Counted from the stretch's first letter, positions 19,875-29,767 are shown. The stretch is 64,000 nucleotides of DNA from Patescibacteria group bacterium (GCA_040387635.1 JAZKDJ010000001.1:387193-451192), one strand, 5' to 3'. Program-made: numbers and translations. The notes: generated by a model not told the origin, from the sequence alone.

Positions 19875-20840
19875 ATGAAACCAAGCCTAAAAAATGCCGG
19901 AATGGTTGTGGTCGCACTTATCATCATAGGAGGATCTTTTATATTGAACGAACGTTTGCAAAGTGCTCCACAAGAACCAGCACCTTCTAAACCCGCGATC
20001 GTAGCCACTGCTGCGACGTCTTCTGACTTATCATCACTTGATAAAGATACAGATGGGGATGGCCTCAAAGATTGGGAAGAGGTACTCTGGGGAACTAACG
20101 ACCAAGACTCTGATACAGACGAAGACGGAATTGCTGATGGCAAGGAAGTACTTGCTGGAAGCAGTCCAACAATCAAAGGTAACGGAAAGCTTCAGGCATC
20201 TTCTACAGTTGCCTTAAAGCCGTTAACTGCAACAGACAAATTTGGAAGGGAGCTTTTTACTTACTACACACAGTTGCGACAAGCTGGACTCTCAAGTGAT
20301 TCCGATAGTCAAGAAAGACTTGTGCAACAACTTCTTGAAAGCGGAACTTTGGCTGCAACAGCAAAAGTGTATTCATCGAAGGACCTTGTCATCTCAAACA
20401 CAACGAGTGATGCAGCAGCGCGACAATATGTGAACTCAGTGGGTTCAACATTCTTGCGATACAGCGTAAAGGGAAGGAGCGAGCCTGCTATCGTCAAAGA
20501 AAGTATAGAGACAAACAATCCATCTATTCTTGCTGAGCTTGATCCCATCATCGCCGCAAATCGTTTAATACTTAATCAGCTTCTCAAGACGCAAGCACCG
20601 AGTGATGCTGCGGCGCTTCATCTCGAACTTGTTAACACGATGAGCGCCGTCCTGTTCGTAGACGAAGCATTCAAGAAAATTCAGACAGATCCAATCGTTT
20701 CTCTGCAAGCTATCTCTCAGTATCCAGTAGTTTCGCAAACCATGCTCAATGTTTTCCTAGCAGTACGACAATATGCCACAAATTACGGATTTAAATTTGA
20801 GGCTACTGAAGGAGGAATACTGTTCAATCCAACACCATAA
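19875..20840 (+). CDS. Membrane-anchored protein with thrombospondin type-3-like Ca-binding repeats
   Basis: 321 aa with an N-terminal TM (GMVVVALIIIGGSFIL), DKDTDGDGLKDWEE and DQDSDTDEDGIADGKE repeats, and an alpha-rich C-terminal domain of unknown family. Confidence 0.7.
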   Translation: MKPSLKNAGMVVVALIIIGGSFILNERLQSAPQEPAPSKPAIVATAATSSDLSSLDKDTDGDGLKDWEEVLWGTNDQDSDTDEDGIADGKEVLAGSSPTIKGNGKLQASSTVALKPLTATDKFGRELFTYYTQLRQAGLSSDSDSQERLVQQLLESGTLAATAKVYSSKDLVISNTTSDAAARQYVNSVGSTFLRYSVKGRSEPAIVKESIETNNPSILAELDPIIAANRLILNQLLKTQAPSDAAALHLELVNTMSAVLFVDEAFKKIQTDPIVSLQAISQYPVVSQTMLNVFLAVRQYATNYGFKFEATEGGILFNPTP

Positions 20841-22429
20841 TGAGGTTCAGAACTTTTTATAAAAAAACAATAGCGGTCTTCATAACAGCTTCATTGATAC
20901 TTCAATCAGGCCTTTTCCTTTTTACACCGCAGAAAGTGGAAGCTCAGCTTGCAACACTTGATGCAGGAAACCTCGTACAGAGCACAATATCCGCGATTGG
21001 TGACAGCATTTCATCCGTAGCAGAAGTCGCAAGCGAATATACATCGTGGAGCAGCAACTACAAGGAAACGATTCTTGACCCTCTTGCATATGCAGTTGCA
21101 AAAACACTTCTCAGCAGCCTCACTGCGAGCGTTGTGGAGTGGATCAATAACGGTTTTGAAGGAAGCCCTTCATTCCTTTCAAACCCAGGAGGATTTTTCC
21201 AAGATTTGATTGGAGAGGAAATCGGACAATTCATAGCAGGTACATCTGACCTAGCTTTTCTTTGTAGCCCTTTCAGCATTAACGTCCGAATCGCGCTCGC
21301 TTTTAAATACAGACCTTTCAAGAAAAAAGTTTCATGTACACTCGACGACATTATCAAGAACGCAACAGAAGCAGTTGCGGGCGCATCAATCAACGGATTC
21401 ACTGCTGGAGATTTCAAGCAGGGACGATGGCCAGCTTTCGTATCACTTACAACTGAACCTCAAAACAATTTCTATGGCGCATACTTGGAAGCTGAAGCAG
21501 AACTTGATGCTCGTCTAGGTAACCTTACTGACAGAAAAAAGGAGCAGCTCAATCAAGGTTCAGGTTTTCTTTCATATGAGAAGTGCCGCGCATCTACGGT
21601 AGAAAGTGTTAATGGCCAAGCTGATGGCTATGGAAAGGGAAGACTGGTTACAAAGCAAACACCAGACGGACGAACTGAAACTCAATTCTGTGAGATCTAT
21701 ACTCCTGGATCAGTCATCGCTGGAGGTCTACAGAAATCTATTGGTGCACCTGTCGATCAACTCAACCTCGCAGATGAATTCAATGAAATCGTTTCGGCTC
21801 TCTTCGCACAGCTTTTGAAGCAGGTAATCACAGGTGGACTTAAGGGAGTGAGCGGTAGTGGAGCAAGCGATCCTAACTCATACCTCCGAAGACTACAGAA
21901 TGAGGATCCTTCAAGAATACTCAACAAGATTGTTTCTGAAATAAAGAAAAATATCGACGAAGTTATTAAGAAAGAAACAAAATTCTTCGAGGGCAAGCAG
22001 CAGCAATTTGATCTTGTAAACGCTAAAGAAAGTAATTACATAGAGGTGATCAAGTGCTTCCTATCAAAAGCAGAGGAGCCTGGAATCTCTGAGGCTCAGA
22101 AGACATTCATCCTTGATAAGGCAAGCTCAACTGAGATGATAATAATTACTAAGATAAGACCATTCAAGGATCCAATAGAGGAAGAGCTTCTGACAACTGA
22201 ACAGAATATCTCAATTCTTACTACAGTTAAATTAGAAGTTGACGCAGCTACCTCTTCCGAAGCTCTCAATGAAACAGCATTCCTTTATACAGATCTCAGA
22301 TCGAGCGGATTACTCCATGACTCAGCTGACTTAGGTACACTTGCTTCAGATGAGAAAAAGCTTGGAAACGAACTTAAGGATATCAAACCAACAGCAGTCG
22401 AACTTATGGAAGACTGTAATGATCTATAA
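20840..22429 (+). CDS. Hypothetical secreted or anchored protein (secretion-like locus)
   Basis: 529 aa with an N-terminal hydrophobic signal/anchor (IAVFITASLILQSGLFLF). Its start overlaps the upstream stop (TAATG). No family recognised. Confidence 0.65.
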   Translation: MRFRTFYKKTIAVFITASLILQSGLFLFTPQKVEAQLATLDAGNLVQSTISAIGDSISSVAEVASEYTSWSSNYKETILDPLAYAVAKTLLSSLTASVVEWINNGFEGSPSFLSNPGGFFQDLIGEEIGQFIAGTSDLAFLCSPFSINVRIALAFKYRPFKKKVSCTLDDIIKNATEAVAGASINGFTAGDFKQGRWPAFVSLTTEPQNNFYGAYLEAEAELDARLGNLTDRKKEQLNQGSGFLSYEKCRASTVESVNGQADGYGKGRLVTKQTPDGRTETQFCEIYTPGSVIAGGLQKSIGAPVDQLNLADEFNEIVSALFAQLLKQVITGGLKGVSGSGASDPNSYLRRLQNEDPSRILNKIVSEIKKNIDEVIKKETKFFEGKQQQFDLVNAKESNYIEVIKCFLSKAEEPGISEAQKTFILDKASSTEMIIITKIRPFKDPIEEELLTTEQNISILTTVKLEVDAATSSEALNETAFLYTDLRSSGLLHDSADLGTLASDEKKLGNELKDIKPTAVELMEDCNDL

Positions 22430-22435
22430 AATGTT

Positions 22436-24469
22436 ATGAAATCTTCTCTCCTTAAAATTTCAATAGCATTCTTCGTAACCATCGGCATACTGACTGGTTC
22501 TGCAGCACCTGCGCTTGCACAAACAGCAAACACTCCACCTACTACAACTAGTGGGGGAGCAGGTATAGCAACATCTCTTGGTGGGGCAGCTTTTAACATT
22601 GCCACCCTCGGTCCAGTTCTCGGCAACGTTAAAAATCTTTTGGACAATGCAAACAAAGTTCCAGGAGGAATGGATGTGGTAAAGCGATGGACCATGGGAG
22701 GACTGGCTTGGATCATGAACCAAAGCCTAGCTACAGTATCAACATATCTACGTATCACAGGAACCCTCCTAAGCATGTCCATGTATGTTACTCTCCATAT
22801 TTCAGAACTAGTTAACAACAATACCGGCATCGAGTCTGTTTGGAAAACCATTCGAGACTTCTCAAGCATATTCTTTATTTTCCTCCTCCTCTTTGCTTCT
22901 ATAAGAATTATTCTTGGCTTCGATGGTGGAAAATTCAAGAAGCTTGTAACGGGTATCGTAATTTGTGGACTCCTTATTAACTTCAGCCTTTTCTTTGTGA
23001 AGGTGGTTGTTGACGCATCAAACGTCGTAGCCCTTTCATTCTACAACGCGATCACTCCGGGAATGACGAAGAAAATTGATCCCCATAATGCGCTCACATG
23101 GTTCAAGTGGGGAATTAACGATCAAGGATTAGGAGACGTCTTCATGGACTCACTAAAGATCACAAGCATCTATGACGTATCTGGAGAAAAGTGGTCAAAG
23201 GATCTTGAGAAAAAAAATACCCACACACAAATTATCATAGCTGGAGTTTTTGGAAGCATCCTCATGATCACAGCTGGTACCGTCTTTGGTGTAGCAGCGT
23301 TCATGATGATTGCTAGAGTAGCCATTCTTATTATGGTTATGGTATTTTCACCAATTTACTTTATCGCCATGGTTTTCCCTGACATGAAAAAGTATGCGAA
23401 CCAATTGAAAGACCTCCTTATTGGTCAGGCTATATTTGCTCCTATTTTCATGATCCTTATCTATGTGACTATGAAAATAATGACTGCACCGAAGTTCACG
23501 CAGTTCATGGGTACAAATGATCCTTCTACAACACTCTTCAGCGCAATACTCGGCGCAGGAGGACTTGGAGCAATCTTCCAATACATTATTGTTATGACAC
23601 TTCTCACCACATCTCTAGCTGCAGCAAAAGGCTTCGCAGGGAAGAGTGGAGACTGGGCAGACAAAGCATTCAAGGCTGTTCGAGCAGGTGCAGCTCAATA
23701 CTCAGGTCTTAACTGGGCTACACGAAATGCTGTCGGAGGTACTGCAGCAAGAATTGACGACAGGCTCAGCAACACATGGGCAGGTAACACTCGATTTGGT
23801 AGATCAGTACGAGAAACTACAGTGGGCAAGCTAGCTGACACAAAGATTGGAGGAACTTCATTCCGACAATTTGAGAAGGATTGGAAGGCAACAGATAAGA
23901 ATATTAAGGATAAGAATCGAGATATTAGTAGTACAAACAAGTTTAATCTTGCCATGAAGTCTGGTAACTTCGACGCCGTCAAGACAGCTATGAAAGACTT
24001 GGGTGGACAGAAGTCAAAACTCAGGTTTGACCAGCTTACAAATTTCAACGTTCTTAAGAACCTTAAGAAGGGCGACTTCGAAGCTATCTACAAGCGTGAA
24101 GACCTTTCAAAAGAACAGATTGATAAGATCAAAGACTACAGGCTTGGAGCTCTTGCTGACGCATTGGGTAAGACAGAGAAGGACGCTATTGAGAACATGG
24201 TTACCAACATGACAGGTGAAGACTTGGCTGATCTACAAAAGGGAGATGTGAAGCTTCCAAACATGACGGTAATGAAGAAAAACCTCCTTACTGATAACAA
24301 GTTGATCGAACACCTAACACAAAGCCAACTCAAGGATATGGAAAATATGGACATGGCAATCAAAGACACGATTGGATCCGCTATTGTTGCCTATACACAT
24401 CCAACAACAAGCAAGCCACATAAGGCCTTTGGTTACATTGAGAAGAACGAGAAGCTTTGGATGGCTTAA
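22436..24469 (+). CDS. Polytopic membrane protein, VirB6/TrbL-like
   Basis: 677 aa with a signal peptide (..SAAPALAQ), a Gly/Thr-rich segment, at least 6 hydrophobic helices (residues ~100-400) and a ~270 aa hydrophilic Lys/Asp-rich C-terminal tail. The assignment rests on architecture and position next to PrgI/VirB4. Confidence 0.6.
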   Translation: MKSSLLKISIAFFVTIGILTGSAAPALAQTANTPPTTTSGGAGIATSLGGAAFNIATLGPVLGNVKNLLDNANKVPGGMDVVKRWTMGGLAWIMNQSLATVSTYLRITGTLLSMSMYVTLHISELVNNNTGIESVWKTIRDFSSIFFIFLLLFASIRIILGFDGGKFKKLVTGIVICGLLINFSLFFVKVVVDASNVVALSFYNAITPGMTKKIDPHNALTWFKWGINDQGLGDVFMDSLKITSIYDVSGEKWSKDLEKKNTHTQIIIAGVFGSILMITAGTVFGVAAFMMIARVAILIMVMVFSPIYFIAMVFPDMKKYANQLKDLLIGQAIFAPIFMILIYVTMKIMTAPKFTQFMGTNDPSTTLFSAILGAGGLGAIFQYIIVMTLLTTSLAAAKGFAGKSGDWADKAFKAVRAGAAQYSGLNWATRNAVGGTAARIDDRLSNTWAGNTRFGRSVRETTVGKLADTKIGGTSFRQFEKDWKATDKNIKDKNRDISSTNKFNLAMKSGNFDAVKTAMKDLGGQKSKLRFDQLTNFNVLKNLKKGDFEAIYKREDLSKEQIDKIKDYRLGALADALGKTEKDAIENMVTNMTGEDLADLQKGDVKLPNMTVMKKNLLTDNKLIEHLTQSQLKDMENMDMAIKDTIGSAIVAYTHPTTSKPHKAFGYIEKNEKLWMA

Positions 24470-24482
24470 TATATAAACTACT

Positions 24483-25088
24483 ATGTTTGACACCAACGAA
24501 CTCATCAAAAAATATAGAGCTCTCAAGATCTACGATCAAATGGAGGAAATAGGCAAGAAACACCACCTGCATATTGATCAGATTGGGATACTAGACTCCG
24601 AAACAAGAGCTTTAGTTGTTGGTGTGACACCCAGAGAGAGCTTTATTAAAGAATTAGCTAAGGGCCTAGAAATTTCAATGGGGCAGGCAGAGCTTATAGC
24701 GCAGGATGTAAATACCCGAATTATGCTTCCTTTGAGAGAAAGTCTCAAAAATGACGTTGTAACCTTGGAATCTAAGGCTGAAAAGGACGATCAGATCCCT
24801 TCAATGACCATTTCACACGACGAACAGCCTGTTTCTATCACTCAAGTTCCTCAAAAAAGCGAAGCTCTTGCAGAACTTGAGTCTCCAGAAGTCATTAAAA
24901 CAAAGGTAAACGTATTACCAAGCAATCCAACTGCTTTCGAGCAAAAGCTTCTTAGTTCTCCCGTAACGACAAGCGCGAATGTTGAAGTATCTCAAGTGAA
25001 TACAACAGTTCCTGTACCTCCACCAGCGCCTCCAGCACCCCCGAAACCATCATTCACATCAGACCCATACCGCGAAGCAATAAAATAG
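24483..25088 (+). CDS. Hypothetical protein with a Pro-rich C-terminus (secretion-like locus)
   Basis: 201 aa with no TM. The C-terminus is PVPPPAPPAPPKPSF and no family is recognised. Confidence 0.55.
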   Translation: MFDTNELIKKYRALKIYDQMEEIGKKHHLHIDQIGILDSETRALVVGVTPRESFIKELAKGLEISMGQAELIAQDVNTRIMLPLRESLKNDVVTLESKAEKDDQIPSMTISHDEQPVSITQVPQKSEALAELESPEVIKTKVNVLPSNPTAFEQKLLSSPVTTSANVEVSQVNTTVPVPPPAPPAPPKPSFTSDPYREAIK

Positions 25089-25103
25089 AGGTATAATGTA
25101 GCC

Positions 25104-25550
25104 ATGCGTTTTCAAGTTCCTCAGTTCATAGAAGTAGAAGACAAGATATTCGGACCGCTAACCATCAAGCAGTTCATTTATCTTGCTGGAGGTGCCGGAT
25201 TATCCTTCCTACTTTACGCCTTCCTGCCATTCTTCATCGCCATTATCTTTATCATCCCAATACTGATTTTCTCCATAGCTCTGGCATTCTACAAATTCAA
25301 CAACAAGCCATTCATTAACGTTGTAGAGGCTGCATTCAAATTCATGTTTGCAAGCAAGCTCTATATATGGAAGAAGGATGACAGTAAGGTTCAGAAGGCG
25401 ACAGTTGAGAAACAGGAAGAGCGAGAAGCAATGGAATACGCAAAAGTGATGGTGCCGAAGGTAAGTGGGGAGAAGCTTAAGGATCTTACATGGAGCCTTG
25501 ATATCAAAGACAGTATTTATTCGCAGGAAGCTAACGGCGGTAAAAGATAA
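25104..25550 (+). CDS. PrgI family protein (VirB3-like)
   Basis: 148 aa: MRFQVPQFIEVEDKIFGPLTIKQFIYLAGG followed by two TM helices. This is the signature N-terminus of PrgI-family proteins from Gram-positive-type T4SS, and it sits directly upstream of VirB4. Confidence 0.75.
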   Translation: MRFQVPQFIEVEDKIFGPLTIKQFIYLAGGAGLSFLLYAFLPFFIAIIFIIPILIFSIALAFYKFNNKPFINVVEAAFKFMFASKLYIWKKDDSKVQKATVEKQEEREAMEYAKVMVPKVSGEKLKDLTWSLDIKDSIYSQEANGGKR

Positions 25551-25553
25551 TTT

Positions 25554-26201
25554 ATGGTCACAGCGCAAAACGCAAAAGCAACCCAGGAGTTCGTACCTAT
25601 TCGTGAAATACGAGATGGAATTATTATTTTGCGCGATGGCTCAATGCGTGCCATCCTCCTTGCTTCGTCTCTTAACTTCTCCCTCAAATCAAGCGATGAG
25701 CAGACAGCTATCATTGCTCAATTCCAAAACTTTCTTAACGCTTTGGATTTCTCAGTTCAGATCGTCATCCAATCAAAAAAGCTTGACATAAGGCCTTACA
25801 TAGCCCTTTTAGAAGGAAGATACAAAGAACAGGGAACTGAACTGATGAAAATACAGACTCGTGAATATATCGACTTCGTACGAAGCTTTGTTGAGAACTC
25901 CAGCATTATGACTAAGAGTTTCTATGTGGTCATTCCATATAACCCATCAGTAATATCCTCAGGCAACAATGCTATGACAAGAGTATTCAGCAAGGATAAG
26001 GAGAAGAAGGATGACGTCACCGTTTCAAATGAACAATACGAAGAGCATCGAAGCCAGCTCGATCAGAGAGTTAGTGTTATTTCCCAAGAACTTAAGCGAT
26101 GCGACATTCGTGTAGCACAGCTCGGTACCGAAGCAGTGGTAGAATTGTTCTATAAGATATTCAATCCTGGAGATACTGAGAAGCCAATTCAAATCAACTA
26201 A
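25554..26201 (+). CDS. VirB4 N-terminal-domain-like protein (stand-alone)
   Basis: 215 aa: FVPIREIRDGIIILRDGSMRAILLASSLNFSLKSSDEQTAIIAQFQNFLNAL...RVAQLGTEAVVELFYKIFNP. This resembles the N-domain pattern of VirB4/TrbE proteins, but no P-loop is present. Confidence 0.5.
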   Translation: MVTAQNAKATQEFVPIREIRDGIIILRDGSMRAILLASSLNFSLKSSDEQTAIIAQFQNFLNALDFSVQIVIQSKKLDIRPYIALLEGRYKEQGTELMKIQTREYIDFVRSFVENSSIMTKSFYVVIPYNPSVISSGNNAMTRVFSKDKEKKDDVTVSNEQYEEHRSQLDQRVSVISQELKRCDIRVAQLGTEAVVELFYKIFNPGDTEKPIQIN

Positions 26202-26202
26202 C

Positions 26203-28014
26203 ATGGGAATCCTCAATAACTTATTCAAAAAGAAAGATGCGGCGCCAGTAACTTCGATTCTACCTCAGGAGATCTACGAGGCTGGAGTTTTGGAACTCAA
26301 AGATGTTATTGCTCCTTCAGCCCTTAAGATCAGCCCCAAGGAAATTAACCTTGGAGAAAAGGTAGCGCGAACATTCTTCGTTATCTCATATCCTCGATTC
26401 CTTTCAGATAGTTGGTTCGCGCCAATCATTAACCTTGATAAGGTTTTCAATATTTCAATCTTTATACACCCAGTTGATACAGAAAAAATCCTTAGACACT
26501 TCCAGAAAAAAGTGGCTGAGGTGCAAAGCCAAATAGGGGAGCGAGCTCGAAAAGGTCTCGTTCGAGATCCAGTGCTTGATACCGCTTACCAAGACCTTGA
26601 AGGACTCCGCGACAGCCTCATGCAGGCGCAGGAGAAGATCTTTGATGTGGCTGTATACATCACTATTTACGGTGACAACAGTACAGAACTCGATAAGATC
26701 GAATCTGAGGTCAAATCCATCCTTGAATCCAAGCTTGTTTACATAAAACCAGCTCTATTCCAGCAAGAACAAGGCTATAGAAGCGTACTTCCGGTTGCTA
26801 CAGATGAACTACAGGTTCACTCCAAGCTCAATTCTTCACCGCTTTCCAGCCTTTTCCCATTCGTTTCATTCGACCTTACAGATAACAAGGGAATTCTATA
26901 CGGTATTAACCGACAAAATGCCAGCTTGGTGCTTTTTGACCGCTATAATCTTGAGAACTATAACTCTGTAACCTTCGCTAAAGCAGGTTCTGGTAAGTCA
27001 TACACAACCAAACTTGAGATCCTTCGAACACTTATGTTCGACACAGAAGTGATCGTTATCGACCCTGAAAGGGAATACGAGTACATGGCTGAAGCAACAG
27101 GTGGTAAATACTTCAACATCTCACTCAACTCAGAGCACCACATCAACCCTTTTGACCTTCCAATTGCTCGAGAAGACGAATCATCAGCCGACGTTCTTCG
27201 ATCAAACATCATCAACCTCGTAGGACTCTTCAGAATTATGCTTGGAGGACTAACACAGGAAGAAGACGCGATTATCGATCGCGCTATTACTGAAACTTAC
27301 GCTCTCAAAGACATTACAGCTGAATCTGATTTCTCAAATGTTCAACCTCCACTCCTATCTGACTTCGAATTGGTACTCGCTGGTATGGAAGGGGGAGAAT
27401 CTCTTGTAGAACGACTTTCTAAGTACACCAAAGGAACATGGTCAGGATTCATCAACCGACCCTCAAACGTGGACATCAACAAGAAGTTCATCGTTTTCTC
27501 TCTTCGAGACATGGAAGACGAGCTCAAGCCAGTTGCGATGTACATCGTCACGCACTATATATGGAACGCAATTAGGAAGAATCTTCGTAAGCGCCTTCTC
27601 GTTATCGACGAGGCATGGTGGATGATGAAATCCGAAGATACGGCTTCATTCCTACTTGGTTTGGCGAAACGAGGACGAAAATACTTCCTTGGTTTGGCGA
27701 CAATTACACAGGATGTGGACGACTTCCTCAAATCTCCATACGGACTTCCAATCATCACCAACTCATCGATTCAAATTCTTCTCAAACAATCTCCGTCATC
27801 AATCGACAACATTCAAAAGACATTCAACCTTACTGACGAAGAGAAATATCTTCTACTGGAATCAGACGTGGGGGAGGGAATATTCTTCGTAGGACTTAAG
27901 CACGTGGCAATTAAGGTGATCGCTTCATATACTGAAGATCAAATCATCACAACAAACCCTTCGCAGGTTCTTGAAATGCGAAAAGCAAAAGAGGAATTGG
28001 AGCTTAATCAGTAA
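26203..28014 (+). CDS. virB4: VirB4/TraE-family type IV secretion ATPase
   Basis: 603 aa with its own N-domain (IAPSALKISPKEINLGEKVARTFFVISYPRFLSDSW), Walker A FAKAGSGKSYTTK, Walker B LLVIDEAWWMM and ATITQDV. Confidence 0.85.
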   Translation: MGILNNLFKKKDAAPVTSILPQEIYEAGVLELKDVIAPSALKISPKEINLGEKVARTFFVISYPRFLSDSWFAPIINLDKVFNISIFIHPVDTEKILRHFQKKVAEVQSQIGERARKGLVRDPVLDTAYQDLEGLRDSLMQAQEKIFDVAVYITIYGDNSTELDKIESEVKSILESKLVYIKPALFQQEQGYRSVLPVATDELQVHSKLNSSPLSSLFPFVSFDLTDNKGILYGINRQNASLVLFDRYNLENYNSVTFAKAGSGKSYTTKLEILRTLMFDTEVIVIDPEREYEYMAEATGGKYFNISLNSEHHINPFDLPIAREDESSADVLRSNIINLVGLFRIMLGGLTQEEDAIIDRAITETYALKDITAESDFSNVQPPLLSDFELVLAGMEGGESLVERLSKYTKGTWSGFINRPSNVDINKKFIVFSLRDMEDELKPVAMYIVTHYIWNAIRKNLRKRLLVIDEAWWMMKSEDTASFLLGLAKRGRKYFLGLATITQDVDDFLKSPYGLPIITNSSIQILLKQSPSSIDNIQKTFNLTDEEKYLLLESDVGEGIFFVGLKHVAIKVIASYTEDQIITTNPSQVLEMRKAKEELELNQ

Positions 28015-28020
28015 TACCTC

Positions 28021-28662
28021 ATGGATAACGACAGGAAAAGGGAACAGCAAATAAAATATGGTGACGAGCGCAGGAATGGAGAATCAGTAGAACAGCAGCT
28101 CAATAGGGAAAGCCTAACAGATACTGCTGCCTCACTCTGGGAACTATCGAAGCAGGGAGAACCTCAGAAAGAGAAAACTGTGTATCGTCTTGGTATTTTG
28201 GCCATTTTAGCACTTCTTGCCTCTGCGGGTGTTGCTGACCTCGCGACACTTATCCCTCTGGTTGGTACATTTGTCGGACCAATTTATTGGTTTATTATAG
28301 GCCTTTACCTCTGGAAAAAGGGGTTCGGCCTTCTAAACTGGAGGAGAATTGTACCTGGTCTTACTTCAACTACCGCTGAACTCATACCGGCAATTCAAGC
28401 TCTACCCACAATTACCGTTGGTATTGCAATAATAATCATTTTTTCAAGATTTGAGGATAAAACAGGTATAAAAGTGATACCTCAAGTAAAACTAATCCCC
28501 ACAAGACCTCCAGTAATCAAAAATCGTCCTTCACCCCTCAACCAGAATCAAGTTAGGCAGCCGGGCACCCCACCACCTCTTCCATCAAACAAGCCACCTG
28601 TAATCGCTCCGCCTGTTATCTCACCACCCGTCATACCTCCACCTGTAATACGAGCCAAATAA
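28021..28662 (+). CDS. Hypothetical membrane protein with a PPVI-repeat tail
   Basis: 213 aa with 3-4 TM helices. The C-terminus is PPVIAPPVISPPVIPPPVI, encoded by a 15 nt periodic repeat at 28594-28650. Confidence 0.6.
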   Translation: MDNDRKREQQIKYGDERRNGESVEQQLNRESLTDTAASLWELSKQGEPQKEKTVYRLGILAILALLASAGVADLATLIPLVGTFVGPIYWFIIGLYLWKKGFGLLNWRRIVPGLTSTTAELIPAIQALPTITVGIAIIIIFSRFEDKTGIKVIPQVKLIPTRPPVIKNRPSPLNQNQVRQPGTPPPLPSNKPPVIAPPVISPPVIPPPVIRAK

Positions 28663-28681
28663 TAATTTTATCCCTAAAAGT

Positions 28682-28710
28682 GTTGAAAACCTCGAGTTCA
28701 ACGCTTTTTT
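28682..28710 (+). terminator. Weak hairpin plus T-tract splitting the locus into two blocks
   Basis: GTTGAA-AACCTCGAG-TTCAAC followed by GCTTTTTT. The stem is short and AT-rich. Confidence 0.3.
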
Positions 28711-28729
28711 GTATGATAAAATATAGAAA

Positions 28730-29761
28730 ATGTCCCTAAAAACATTCTCTTCATATCTCATCATTACGCTCTTTACTTTATCGCTTATCGGCGTACCTAT
28801 AGCACATGCACAAATCCCATCCTTGGATCCTGTTGTAATAGAAATGGATCCTATTCATCCAAGCCCAGGAGGAACAGTAAATGTTAAGATCACAAGCTTT
28901 TCTACTGATCTCAATCGCGCAACCATCTCATGGTTCAATGACGGCAAGACTGTTGCAAGTGGAGTAGGAATAACTTCAGTAAAAATAATCGCTCCAGCAG
29001 CAGGAAAAAGCAGCGTTGTTATCGCGGCAGTAACCACAACAGAGGGAAGTGAGATAAAGAAAGTAATTACAATCACTCCAACAGAAGTTAACATCATGTG
29101 GGAATCAGATGGATACACTCCTCCTTTCTATAAAGGCAAAGCAAACTACGCTCATCAGTCATATATTAAATTTATAGCCCTCCCAAACTTCTTTGATGGT
29201 AATGGCAATCTCATTCCTGCCAGCAACTTGATCTACAAATGGAGAAGAGACTACCAAGTACTCGGTAACCAATCTGGCTATGGTAAGCAATATGTAATTT
29301 TGCCAGGCAACAGCACAGGTGATGTTGTTCATGTAGGTGTTGAAGTCTCAACAAAAGATAACAAGATGGTAGGTGAGGCATATATCATCATCGATTCTAC
29401 AGACCCTTCAGTAGTGCTCTACAAAGAAAGTCCGCTCTATGGAGTTATGTACAACAATGCTATAGGCGAAAACTTTAGCCTCACCGAGAAAGACACTCGC
29501 ATCAAAGCTGTTCCTTACTCATTCTCATTTACTGACAAACAAGCAGGTAACCTTCAGTACACATGGCTCGTTAATAATATTGAGAGACAAGATCTCGCTT
29601 CAAGCGACGCCATTGACCTCACAAGGAATGAAGAACAGGAAGGATACTCATCATTACTTCTTAGAGTGCGTGACTTAGCTAACATCCTCCAAACAGGGGA
29701 GAAGGGCTTCACTGCTTACTATAGCAAGTTGAGAGAGGCTTCAAATATTCCGGAGTTCTAA
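28730..29761 (+). CDS. Hypothetical secreted protein (beta-rich)
   Basis: 343 aa with a signal peptide (..LIGVPIAHAQ) and a Val/Thr/Ser-rich region suggestive of Ig-like beta domains. No family recognised. Confidence 0.6.
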   Translation: MSLKTFSSYLIITLFTLSLIGVPIAHAQIPSLDPVVIEMDPIHPSPGGTVNVKITSFSTDLNRATISWFNDGKTVASGVGITSVKIIAPAAGKSSVVIAAVTTTEGSEIKKVITITPTEVNIMWESDGYTPPFYKGKANYAHQSYIKFIALPNFFDGNGNLIPASNLIYKWRRDYQVLGNQSGYGKQYVILPGNSTGDVVHVGVEVSTKDNKMVGEAYIIIDSTDPSVVLYKESPLYGVMYNNAIGENFSLTEKDTRIKAVPYSFSFTDKQAGNLQYTWLVNNIERQDLASSDAIDLTRNEEQEGYSSLLLRVRDLANILQTGEKGFTAYYSKLREASNIPEF

Positions 29762-29767
29762 AATTTT

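Noticed and set aside
26195-26210. The VirB4 junction read as a frameshift pseudogene
   Set aside because: The downstream ORF starts with a clean ATG one nucleotide after the stop and already contains its own N-domain-like segment. Two genes seem more likely than one broken gene, though this remains listed as a finding to verify.
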